Assembly (NCBI GenBank): GCA_002269645.1 | Contig: NIVC01000390.1 | Coordinates: 573,781-637,780, forward strand | DNA length: 64,000 bases | From: Macrostomum lignano | Taxonomy: Eukaryota | Reading direction: 5' to 3' | Shown here: positions 36,580-49,500 of the stretch, piece after piece | How the letters are laid out: each line of letters starts with the position of its first letter | Numbering within the stretch: position 1 is the first letter of the stretch | Notes under the pieces: generated by a model | What the model was told of the DNA's origin: nothing | Databases searched by the model: none | Seen by the model: only the letters and a program-made list of their open reading frames with translations | Position numbers and translations under genes: made by a program

Positions 36580-37255
36580 TCTGACAGGTGAGAGGGAGAG
36601 AGCCGGACAGGTGAGAAGGAGAGTCGGACAGGTGAGAGGGAGAGTCGGACAGGTGAGAGGGAGAGTCGGACAGGTGAGAGAAAGAGAGTCGGACAGGTGA
36701 GAGGGAGAGTCGGACAGGTGAGAGGGAGAGATTCAAACAGGTGAGAGAAAGAGAGTCGGACAGGTGAGAGGGAGAGATTCGGACAGGTGAGAGAAAGAGA
36801 GTCGGACAGGTGAGAGGGAGAGTCGGACAGGTGAGAGGAAGAGAGTCAGACAGGCGAGAGGGAGAGTCGGACAGGTGAGAGGGAGAGTCGGACAGGTGAG
36901 AGGAAGAGAGTCGGACAGGTGAGAGGGAGAGTCGGACAGGTGAGAGGGAGAGTCGGACAGGTGAGAGGGAGAGTCGGACAGGTGAGAGGAAGAGAGTCAG
37001 ACAGGCGAGGGGGAGAGTCGGACAGGTGAGAGGGAGAGTCGGACAGGTGAGAGGAAGAGAGTCGGACAGGTGAGAGGGAGAGTCGGACAGGTGAGAGGCA
37101 GAGTCGGACAGGTGAGAGGGAGAGTCGGACAGGTGAGAGGGAGAGTCGGACAGGTGAGAGGAAGAGAGTCAGACAGGCGAGAGGGAGAGTCGGACAGGTG
37201 AGAGGGAGAGTCGGACAGGTGAGAGGGAGAGTCGGACAGGTGAGAGGGAGAGTGA
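36580..37255. repeat. 21/23-bp minisatellite GGACAGGTGAGAGGGAGAGTC
   Basis: About 30 copies. Confidence 0.95.
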
Positions 37256-37789
37256 TGGTCATAAAGCATCACAGGTTTCAGTTGGAATTAGAAGCGAACA
37301 TTCAAGTTTTAGGCCGAGTTTTCGCACCCCAATCCCGGAAATGAGGCTAAGGTTGTAATAGCGAAAATTGGTGAAAAAGACGGAAAAGTATGCATGACTC
37401 CACTGCAGCCATGGCCGGAAGGTGATATCCTACACAGCTGGTCATTCCAGCCCAGCTGGGTGCAGTGTCAGTTCCCGCTGGCTGGCATTTCGACTTCAAC
37501 TACCCACACCTCGCACATCCCATGTGCACCGCGGTCAATTTTCAAGGCTTCCCCGTCACCCTGGAACTTGCGGTGTTCAATCAGTCTGCATCGCGCGCCT
37601 GTGGGGACGCGCGGAAACAACTGACAGTTTCTTGTCGATTCTAAAAAGTTTTTCCGCTTTTAAACAGCGAGAAGGTTTTGTGCAAATATGGATTGATGAA
37701 GCTTTGCTGCTTCAGCAGCTCACCTTCACTGTTTCTCCATCTGCTCTCTCCCGTTTATATGCATCTCTCCACTTTCTCTCCTCCCTATT

Positions 37790-38300
37790 TACGAGTACAT
37801 CCCCCTCTACCTCTCCCCTCTCTGTCTATTTCTCTCCCCTGTCTACCTCTTCCCCTCTCCACGTCTCCCCTTCTCCCTCCCTCCACCTCTCCCCTTCTCC
37901 CCCTCTCCATCTCTCGCCACCTCTCCCCTTCTCTCCCTCTCTACCTCTCCCCTTCTCCCCCTCTCAACCTCTCGCCACCTCTCCCCTACTCCCCTTCTCC
38001 ACCTCTCCCCTTCTCTCCCTCTCTACCTCTCCCCTTCTCCCCCTCTCCACCTCTCTCCTTCTCCCTCTCTCCACCTCTCCCCTTCTCTCCCTCTCCGCCT
38101 CTCCCATTCTCTCCCTCTCTCCACCTCTCCCCTTCTCTCCCTCTCCACCTCTCCCCTTTTCTCCCTCTCTACCTCTCCATTTCTCCCCTTCTCCCCCTCT
38201 CCATCTTTCGCCAACTCTCCTCTTCTCCCCCTCTCCCCTTCTCCCCTTCTCCCCTTTATGTCTACCTCACCCCCACTCTACCTCATTCCCTCACTACCTC
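37790..38300. repeat. C/T-rich ~24-bp repeat (CTCTCCCCTTCTCCCCCTCTCCAC)
   Basis: Tandem low-complexity copies. Confidence 0.85.
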
Positions 38301-39570
38301 TCCCTAAGTCTCACTCCTGTCTATATTCTCCCAGTGTGCCTGCCTCCCATGTCTCCATCACCCCTTACTCTCTATCCGCACTGCCAAAGCATTCAAGGCT
38401 CAGATTTCGAATCCTCCCAGTACTGGCTGTTCTCCAATTTCAAACTGCAATTTTCCAACTCAGCTGCCGGCCTCTCTCCCTCGCAACGCCCTCCCTGGCG
38501 CGGGTCTCGTCGGATTTCTTAATTTCACCGCCCGGTTGCCGAGCGCGTTTGTCCGAATCGAGTCTGCCTCTCCCCCCCCCCGGCCTCATCTTCGCTTTGC
38601 TGCTGCTGGCTGGCTGACTACCCGAAGCCTGAGCCACTCCAGTCAAGAAATGATATTCATATTTAGAAGCTGGCAGCGAGCCTGTCTCAGCTCCGTGTGC
38701 ACTGTGGCCTCGGTGTGTCGCATGCATTCAGACAGATATACACCGGCAGCGGTGGCGAGTCACGGAGAGAAGAGACGCCCGCCGCCCCCCCCCCCTTCCC
38801 GACGCCTGGCCCCGCGGTCAGCCCCAGGCAACCGGGTCGACTTTGCCTTCTTATCTCAGGCCGAACAGCCGGGGCTCAATTTTTTTCGGGTAGCCAGCTG
38901 GGGCTGCGGGAAACTCTTTCAAGCAGAAAGAAGGAAGCTGAGCTGACTTCCCTTCATCATCATTTTCCACCAGCCTCCCCAGCACCCCCAGCCTCAAGTA
39001 GGCGAAAACGGCTGCTGCGGCAGAATCGATATGATGAACTAACTGTCTGCGAGACTCCCAGCTTCCTCCAAGCCTCATCTCTCTGCCTAGTGTTCCGGCC
39101 TCGTAGGCCTCAGAAACTCCTGGTCGATCTTTTCATCTTTTTTATTCTCTATTTTAGAAGCCCTCTGCCGATTCTGTTGCTTTTGCTTCTGCTTTGATCT
39201 GTCTGCTTTTTGTGCTGTCTCTCAGAGTCCCCCTAGTTGTGCAGCTTTTGCCTGATGATAATCTTCATTTATATTTTTTATTCACATGGAAACTCCAGGC
39301 AGGGTTTTAACGACAAAAATAATAGATGAGGGAAAGAGACTGACTGCATCGGGCTAATGATGCGACCAAGGAACCGCCCCGTTTCTATTGGCCAGGAGAG
39401 CCCAGACTGCCCGCTGGATGAGGCTGGGGAGTGGATAAAGCAGCAGGTCCTGACTGCTCCACAGCTCGACATTCTAAGCATGATGGGGCAACCCAGTCTC
39501 TCTGGAACTGATATTTGATTACCAGATTTGAAGAAGTGATTTAATCGCAAGAATCTCCAAGCGAATCCCG

Positions 39571-39627
39571 ATGGGCCGCACTGCGAACTTCAGTGTCGCC
39601 GCACTGGGTAGCGGAAGTTCAAATGAG
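39571..39627 (+). CDS. Candidate first coding exon (MGRTANFSVAALGSGSSNE) of the membrane protein at 53544
   Basis: ATG at 39571 with an open frame to a consensus phase-0 donor GAG|GTGAGT at 39628. The phase matches the acceptor at 53543. The link is inferred only. Confidence 0.25.
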
Positions 39628-39661
39628 GTGAGTCTGGGACCGCCCCGACCGCTTGGCAACT

Positions 39662-40715
39662 AAGGCTAGAGTGGATTGCTAATCTAGTCTGCATAGATAT
39701 AAGGGAATAGAGTGGATTGCTAATCTAGTCTGCATAGATATAAGGGAATAGAATGGATTGCTAATCTAGTCTGCATAGATATAAGGGAATAGAGTGGATT
39801 GCTAATCTAGTCTGCATAGATATAAGGGAATAGAGTGGATTGCTAATCTAGTCTGCATAGATATAAGGGAATAGAGTGGATTGCTAATCTAGTCTGCATA
39901 GATATAAGGGAATAGAATGGATTGCTAATCTAGTCTGCATAGATATAAGGGAATAGAGTGGATTGCTAATCTAGTCTGCATAGATATAAGGGAATAGAAT
40001 GGATTGCTAATCTAGTCTGCATAGATATAAGGGAATAGAATGGATTGCTAATCTAGTCTGCATAGATATAAGGGAATAGAGTGGATTGCTAATCTAGTCT
40101 GCATAGATATAAGGGAATAGAGTGGATTGCTAATCTAGTCTGCATAGATATAAGGGAATAGAATGGATTGCTAATCTAGTCTGCATAGATATAAGGGAAT
40201 AGAGTGGATTGCTAATCTAGTCTGCATAGATATAAGGGAATAGAGTGGATTGCTAATCTAGTCTGCATAGATATAAGGGAATAGAGTGGATTGCTAATCT
40301 AGTCTGCATAGATATAAGGGAATAGAGTGGATTGCTAATCTAGTCTGCATAGATATAAGGGAATAGAGTGGATTGCTAATCTAGCCTGCATAGATATAAG
40401 GGAATAGAGTGGATTGCTAATCTAGTCTGCATAGATATAAGGGAATAGAATGGATTGCTAATCTAGTCTGCATAGATATAAGGGAATAGAGTGGATTGCT
40501 AATCAAGCCTGCATAGATATAAGGGAATAGAGTGGATTGCTAATCTAGTCTGCATAGATATAAGTGAATAGAATGGATTGCTAATCTAGTCTGCATAGAT
40601 ATAAGTGAATAGAGTGGATTGCTAATCTAGTCTGCATAGATATAAGGGAATAGAATAGATTGCTAATCTGGTCTATATCAATGAAGGAATAAAATGGATT
40701 GCTAATCTAGCCAGC
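39662..40715. repeat. 41-bp satellite GAATAGAGTGGATTGCTAATCTAGTCTGCATAGATATAAGG
   Basis: About 25 near-identical copies with diverged terminal units. Confidence 0.97.
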
Positions 40716-41364
40716 AAATCATCAGCATATGTATAGTGTAAAGCAAATCTGTTATATGAGTGCCAAGACTGTTTTCAGCAGCAATAAAAAAATAACGGTT
40801 TGTTACTAAGTGTCCGTCACATGCTCAACAATATTTAATATCTTATTAGCGTTGTAATGTTTAAAAGTATCCAGGCCAGAGAAACTTCCCCGAGAAGCCT
40901 GGGAGCAGAGGCAGCAGGTCTTGAGAGAGAATTTGCACTTTTTGGAATCCGCTGGAGCAGATCCAAGGCTTGGGCCGGCATCATAACAATATTTTGCACT
41001 GCACTCTGCTGCGCGCCCTCGCAAGGGCAGGTGCAGAATCTGATGAAGCAATGAAGAGCCAGAGGCGCGGCGGCAAAGCAGGGAGTCTGCGGGGTGTCAG
41101 CGACATAATCGATCACCGCTCTCGACGCCCGAGCTGGCCGCAGCCTCGGCGCTGCTGCTCCCTAAACTGCCCCCCCCCCTGCGGTTCACGGGTCGATAGC
41201 TGCAGAAATTGGAGGATCCCGAGCTCCCCGGCCTCCTTAGGCATCTCCCATGCACATTTGCTGCGACTTTCCTGCCCACCGCCACTGGGGAGTCCGCGTG
41301 GGGATCCGGCCTCAGGCTCGGACACTGCTGGCTCTGGCCTACTCTGTTGCTCTTTCTTCTTTGA

Positions 41365-41760
41365 CTACTCTGCTTACTCTGTCTACTCTGTCTACTCTGT
41401 CTACTCTGTCTACTCTGCCTACTCTGTCTACTCTGCCTACTCTGTCTACTCTTTCTACTCTGTCTACTCTGTCTACTCTGCCTTCTCTGTCTACCCTATG
41501 CACTCTGTCTACTGTGTCTACTGTGTCTACTCTGTCTACTTTGTCTACCCTGTCTACTCTATGCAATCTGTCTACTTTGTCTATTCTGTCTACTGTGTCT
41601 ACTCTGTCTACTGTGTCTACTGTGTCTACTGTGTCTACTCTGTCTACTTTGTCTACTTTGTCTACCCTGTCTACTCTCTCTACTGTGTCTACTGTGTCTA
41701 CTGTGTCTACTGTGTCTACTCTGTCTACTTTGTCTACTTTGTCTACCCTGTCTACTCTAG
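41365..41760. repeat. 9-bp repeat TCTACT(C/G/T)TG
   Basis: Tandem copies. Confidence 0.9.
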
Positions 41761-42324
41761 CTACTAATAACTCTGTCTACAACTGTCTTCTCTACGACCT
41801 TCACACTTCTTTATCACAGTATTCGAATGCCGCGTATTTAAAAGATCTCGAACTGAGCCTGCTGCACTGTATAAGTTCTAAGCCGTCTGCAGTCTGTTCC
41901 CAGTCTGTCTCGCGGGCACAAAAAATTCAAGGCAGCTCGCAGGCAGCGGCTCGATATGCTAATGAAGTGCCCAGCCTCGTCAGCCAATTCAGAGCCCCGC
42001 AGACCGTCGCAGCCTCAATTTTGCCAGTTCCCGAGCGCCGCCAGCTCCCCCGATTTCAAAGAAAGAAAATTGGCCTCGATTTAAATACTAAAACTGCAGT
42101 AACCACTCGAAGTATACATATATATATATATACAGTCAGCATATGCTAATTCACAAGATTGAACCGCCCAGCGGGGGTCCTTGTCCGAGACTGAGCCGTT
42201 GCTGCAAATCGATGCTTGACTGGACCGACTTTTTCCTCCCATCCAGTTTTGACAGGCCAGATTTGTTTCAGTTAAACACTTCTATGGGCCTCTCACGAGT
42301 TTTAGGGCTTCCGACACAGTCCCA

Positions 42325-42915
42325 ACAGCTTCACAATCCCCATAGCTTCACAATCCCCACAGCTTCACAATCCCCACAGCTTCACAATCCCCACAGCTTC
42401 ACAATCCCCACAGATTCACAATCCCCACAGCTTCACAATCCCCACCGATTCACGATCCCCACAGCTTCACAATCCCCACAGCTTCACAATCCCCACAGAT
42501 TCACAACCCCCAGAGATTCACAATCCCCACAGCTTCACAATCCCCACCGATTCACAATCCTCACAGATTCACAATCCCCACAGATTCACAATCCCCACAG
42601 CTTCACAATCCCTCACAGATTCACAATCCCCACAGATTCACAATCCCCACAGATTCACAATCCCCACAGATTCACAATCCCACAGATTCACAACCCCACA
42701 GATTCATAATCCTCACAGATTTACAACTTCAGAGATTCACAACCCCCAGAGATTTACAATCCCCCACAGATTCACAATCCCCACAGATTCACAATCCCCA
42801 CAGCTTCACAATCCCCCACAGATTCACAATCCCCACAGATTCACAATCCCCACAGATTCACAATCCCCACAGATTCACAATCCCACAGATTCACAATCCC
42901 CACAGATTCACAATC
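42325..42915. repeat. 17-bp minisatellite TTCACAATCCCCACAG(C/A)
   Basis: Tandem copies. Confidence 0.92.
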
Positions 42916-43599
42916 TTCGAAGTAATTTAAGAGGAAAATTGTCAGGGGAATTCGAGGATCTTTGTGGAGTGGCTTCCAGTCCAGACGGCGGAATTCTAGG
43001 AGTCCCTGAGCTCGCAGCTGCGCAGCCATCTGGTTCCCCACGCGGACGGCAGCCAAGCCCTCTGACAGACTTCCCTATAAATCTTCCTGCCCCAATACGC
43101 CTGGCATGGCATGCTTCGCGGAAGTGTATTGAAAACTTCTCAATCAGTTAGAGAGTTTTCGAGTGTCTCCCCTGCTTGGACTTCGATCCATTCCCGGACA
43201 GTCTCAAGCAGCGAAAGGGCAGGGAGAATCGCTTGTCCTGTAGAGCCTTTGGCATTTCGGCTTCCCTTTTTCTACAGTCCTTCAGTTGTGCTTTTTCTCC
43301 TATAAGAAATTGAATTTAGCCGGAATAACTTGAGTGGACTCGGTTTGAAACCGGGCCGAGCTGTTCGAGGTCGGGCCGGCGCGTGGGAAACTGGCGACCG
43401 CTGCAAATCTGGGGTCGGGATTTCAGGGGGAGATAGATCTTGGCTGGGAGGGGAAACTCTGAGCAATGAGTGGAAGGAATGAGGACAGAAAATATAGGCT
43501 GTCATAGGGATGAGGAATAGACTAAACTTAGACTTTTGAAATGGGAGATGGGGACAGAGAGACAACCCCTCAGTTGAGAAAAGCGAAACAGAAGACATA

Positions 43600-46500
43600 G
43601 TAAGAGAGACAGGAGACACCCAGCTAGACAGGAGACCCACAGTGAAAGAGACAGGAGACGCAGCTAGAGAGACAGGAGACGCAGCTAGAGAGACAGGAGA
43701 CGCAGCAAGAGAGACAGGAGACACACACCTAGAGAGACAGGAGACACACAGCTAGAGATACAGGAGACACACAGCTAGAGATACAGGAGACACACAGCTA
43801 GAGAGACAGGAGACACAGCTAGAGAGACAGGAGACGCAGCTAGAGAGACAGGAGACGCAGCAAGAGAGACAGGAGACACACACCTAGAGAGACAGGAGAC
43901 ACACAGCTAGAGATACAGGAGACACACAGCTAGAGATACAGGAGACACACAGCTAGAGAGACAGGAGACACAGCTAGAGAGACAGGAGACGCAGCTAGAG
44001 AGACAGGAGACGCAGCAAGAGAGACAGGAGACACACACCTAGAGAGACAGGAGACACACAGCTAGAGATACAGGAGACACACAGCTAGAGAGACAGGAGA
44101 CACACAGCTAGAGAGACAGGAGACACAGCGAGAGAGACAGGAGACACAGCTAGAGAGACAAGAGACACAGCGAGAGAGACAGGAGACACACAGCTAGAGA
44201 GACAGGAGACACAGCGAGAGAGACAGGAGACACAGCTAGAGAGACAGGAGACACAGCTAGAGAGACAGGAGACACAGCTAGAGAGACAGGAGACCCACAG
44301 TGAGAGAGACAGGAGACACACAGCTAGAGAGACAGGAGACACAGCTAGAGAGACAGGAGACACAGCTAGAGAGACAGGAGACACAGCTAGAGAGACAGGA
44401 GACCCACAGTGAGAGAGACAGGAGACACAGCGAGAGAGACAGGAGACACACAGCTAGAGAGACAGGAGACACAGCTAGAGAGACAGGAGACACAGCTAGA
44501 GAGACAGGAGACACAGCTAGAGAGACAGGAGACCCACAGCGAGAGAGACAGGAGACACCCAGCTAGACAGGAGACCCACAGTGAAAGAGACAGGAGACGC
44601 AGCTAGAGAGACAGGAGACGCAGCTAGAGAGACAGGAGACGCAGCAAGAGAGACAGGAGACACACACCTAGAGAGACAGGAGACACACAGCTAGAGATAC
44701 AGGAGACACACAGCTAGAGAGACAGGAGACACACAGCTAGAGAGACAGGAGACACAGCTAGAGAGACAGGAGACGCAGCTAGAGAGACAGGAGACGCAGC
44801 AGGAGAGACAGGAGACACACACCTAGAGAGACAGGAGACACACAGCTAGAGATACAGGAGACACACAGCTAGAGAGACAGGAGACACAGCTAGAGAGACA
44901 GGAGACACAGCTAGAGAGACAAGAGACACAGCGAGAGAGACAGGAGACACACAGCTAGAGAGACAGGAGACACAGCGAGAGAGACAGGAGACACAGCTAG
45001 AGAGACAGGAGACACAGCTAGAGAGACAGGAGACACAGCTAGAGAGACAGGAGACCCACAGTGAGAGAGACAGGAGACACACAGCTAGAGAGACAGGAGA
45101 CACAGCTAGAGAGACAGGAGACACAGCTAGAGAGACAGGAGACACAGCTAGAGAGACAGGAGACCCACAGTGAGAGAGACAGGAGACACAGCGAGAGAGA
45201 CAGGAGACACACAGCTAGAGAGACAGGAGACACAGCTAGAGAGACAGGAGACACAGCTAGAGAGACAGGAGACACAGCTAGAGAGACAGGAGACCCACAG
45301 CGAGAGAGACAGGAGACACCCAGCTAGACAGGAGACCCACAGTGAAAGAGACAGGAGACGCAGCTAGAGAGACAGGAGACGCAGCTAGAGAGACAGGAGA
45401 CGCAGCAAGAGAGACAGGAGACACACACCTAGAGAGACAGGAGACACACAGCTAGAGATACAGGAGACACACAGCTAGAGATACAGGAGACACACAGCTA
45501 GAGAGACAGGAGACACAGCTAGAGAGACAGGAGACGCAGCTAGAGAGACAGGAGACGCAGCAAGAGAGACAGGAGACACACACCTAGAGAGACAGGAGAC
45601 ACACAGCTAGAGATACAGGAGACACACAGCTAGAGATACAGGAGACACACAGCTAGAGAGACAGGAGACACAGCTAGAGAGACAGGAGACGCAGCTAGAG
45701 AGACAGGAGACGCAGCAAGAGAGACAGGAGACACACACCTAGAGAGACAGGAGACACACAGCTAGAGATACAGGAGACACACAGCTAGAGAGACAGGAGA
45801 CACACAGCTAGAGAGACAGGAGACACAGCGAGAGAGACAGGAGACACAGCTAGAGAGACAAGAGACACAGCGAGAGAGACAGGAGACACACAGCTAGAGA
45901 GACAGGAGACACAGCGAGAGAGACAGGAGACACAGCTAGAGAGACAGGAGACACAGCTAGAGAGACAGGAGACACAGCTAGAGAGACAGGAGACCCACAG
46001 TGAGAGAGACAGGAGACACACAGCTAGAGAGACAGGAGACACAGCTAGAGAGACAGGAGACACAGCTAGAGAGACAGGAGACACAGCTAGAGAGACAGGA
46101 GACCCACAGTGAGAGAGACAGGAGACACAGCGAGAGAGACAGGAGACACACAGCTAGAGAGACAGGAGACACAGCTAGAGAGACAGGAGACACAGCTAGA
46201 GAGACAGGAGACACAGCTAGAGAGACAGGAGACCCACAGCGAGAGAGACAGGAGACACCCAGCTAGACAGGAGACCCACAGTGAAAGAGACAGGAGACGC
46301 AGCTAGAGAGACAGGAGACGCAGCTAGAGAGACAGGAGACGCAGCAAGAGAGACAGGAGACACACACCTAGAGAGACAGGAGACACACAGCTAGAGATAC
46401 AGGAGACACACAGCTAGAGAGACAGGAGACACACAGCTAGAGAGACAGGAGACACAGCTAGAGAGACAGGAGACGCAGCTAGAGAGACAGGAGACGCAGC

Positions 46501-49500
46501 AGGAGAGACAGGAGACACACACCTAGAGAGACAGGAGACACACAGCTAGAGATACAGGAGACACACAGCTAGAGAGACAGGAGACACAGCTAGAGAGACA
46601 GGAGACACAGCTAGAGAGACAAGAGACACAGCGAGAGAGACAGGAGACACACAGCTAGAGAGACAGGAGACACAGCGAGAGAGACAGGAGACACAGCTAG
46701 AGAGACAGGAGACACAGCTAGAGAGACAGGAGACACAGCTAGAGAGACAGGAGACCCACAGTGAGAGAGACAGGAGACACACAGCTAGAGAGACAGGAGA
46801 CACAGCTAGAGAGACAGGAGACACAGCTAGAGAGACAGGAGACACAGCTAGAGAGACAGGAGACCCACAGTGAGAGAGACAGGAGACACAGCGAGAGAGA
46901 CAGGAGACACACAGCTAGAGAGACAGGAGACACAGCTAGAGAGACAGGAGACACAGCTAGAGAGACAGGAGACACAGCTAGAGAGACAGGAGACCCACAG
47001 CGAGAGAGACAGGAGACACCCAGCTAGACAGGAGACCCACAGTGAAAGAGACAGGAGACGCAGCTAGAGAGACAGGAGACGCAGCTAGAGAGACAGGAGA
47101 CGCAGCAAGAGAGACAGGAGACACACACCTAGAGAGACAGGAGACACACAGCTAGAGATACAGGAGACACACAGCTAGAGAGACAGGAGACACACAGCTA
47201 GAGAGACAGGAGACACAGCTAGAGAGACAGGAGACGCAGCTAGAGAGACAGGAGACGCAGCAAGAGAGACAGGAGACACACACCTAGAGAGACAGGAGAC
47301 ACACAGCTAGAGATACAGGAGACACACAGCTAGAGAGACAGGAGACACACAGCTAGAGAGACAGGAGACACAGCTAGAGAGACAAGAGACACAGCGAGAG
47401 AGACAGGAGACACACAGCTAGAGAGACAGGAGACACAGCGAGAGAGACAGGAGACACACAGCTAGAGAGACAGGAGACACAGCTAGAGAGACAGGAGACA
47501 CAGCTAGAGAGACAGGAGACACAGCTAGAGAGACAGGAGACACAGCTAGAGAGACAGGAGACACAGCTAGAGAGACAGGAGACACAGCTAGAGAGACAGG
47601 AGACACAGCTAGAGAGACAGGAGACCCACAGTGAGAGAGACAGGAGACACAAAGCTAGAGAGACAGGAGACACAGCTAGAGAGACAGGAGACACAGCTAG
47701 AGAGACAAGAGACACAGCGAGAGAGACAGGAGACACACAGCTAGAGAGACAGGAGACACAGCGAGAGAGACAGGAGACACACAGCTAGAGAGACAGGAGA
47801 CACAGCTAGAGAGACAGGAGACACAGCTAGAGAGACAGGAGACACAGCTAGAGAGACAGGAGACACAGCTAGAGAGACAGGAGACACAGCTAGAGAGACA
47901 GGAGACCCACAGTGAGAGAGACAGGAGACACGGCGAGAGAGACAGGAGACCCACAGCGAGAGAAACAGGAGACACGGCGAGAGAGACAGGAGACACACAG
48001 CTAGACAGGAGACCCACAGTGAGAGAGACAGGAGACACACAGCTAGACAGGAGACCCACAGTGAGAGAGACAGGAGACACGGCGAGAGAGACAGGAGACA
48101 CAGCTAGAGAGACAGGAGACCCACAGCTAGAGAGACAGGAGACACACAGCTAGACAGGAGACCCACAGTGAGAGAGACAGGAGACACGGCGAGAGAGACA
48201 GGAGACCCACAGCGAGAGAAACAGGAGACACGGCGAGAGAGACAGGAGACCCACAGCGAAAGAAACAGGAGACACAGCTAGAGAGACAGGAGACGCAGCT
48301 AGAGAGACAAGAGACACAGCGAGAGAGACAGGAGACACACAGCTAGAGAGACAGGAGACACAGCGATAGAGACAAGAGACCCACAGCTAGAGAGACAGGA
48401 GACACACAGCTAGACAGGAGACCCACAGTGAGAGAGACAGGAGACACGGCGAGAGAGACAGGAGACCCACAGCGAGAGAAACAGGAGACACAGCTACAGA
48501 GACAGGAGACACGGCGAGAGAGACAGGAGACCCACAGCTAGAGAGACAGGAGACACACAGCTAGACAGGAGACCCACAGTGAGAGAGACAGGAGACACAC
48601 AGCTAGACAGGAGACCCACAGTGAGAGAGACAGGAGACACGGCGAGAGAGACAGGAGACACAGCTAGAGAGACAGGAGACACGGCGAGAGAGACAGGAGA
48701 ACCACAGCTAGAGAGACAGGACACCCACAGTGAGTTAGACAGGAGACACGGCGAGAGAGACAGGAGACCCACAGCGAGAGAAACAGGAGACACAGCTAGA
48801 GAGACAGGAGACACGGCGAGAGAGACAGGAGACACAGCTAGAGAGACAGGAGACACGGCGAGAGAGACAGGAGACCCACAGCTAGAGAGACAGGAGACAC
48901 ACAGCTAGACAGGAGACCCACAGTGAGAGAGACAGGAGACACGGCGAGAGAGACAGGAGACCCACAGCGAGAGAAACAGGAGACACAGCTAGAGAGACAG
49001 GAGACACAGCTAGAGAGACAAGAGACACAGCGAGAGAGACAGGAGACACACAGCTAGAGAGACAGGAGACACAGCGATAGAGACAGGAGACCCACAGCTA
49101 GAGAGACAGGAGACACACAGCTAGACAGGAGACCCACAGTGAGAGAGACAGGAGACACGGCGAGAGAGACAGGAGACCCACAGCGAGACAAACAGGAGAC
49201 ACAGCTAGAGAGACAGGAGACACAGCTAGAGAGACAAGAGACACAGCGAGAGAGACAGGAGACACACAGCTAGAGAGACAGGAGACACACAGCTAGAGAT
49301 ACAGGAGACACACAGCTAGAGAGACAGGAGACACGGCGAGAGAGACAGGAGACCCACAGCGAGAGAAACAGGAGACACAGCTAGAGAGACAGGAGACACG
49401 GCGAGAGAGACAGGAGACCCACAGCTAGAGAGACAGGAGACACACAGCTAGACAGGAGACCCACAGTGAGAGAGACAGGAGACACGGCGAGAGAGACAGG

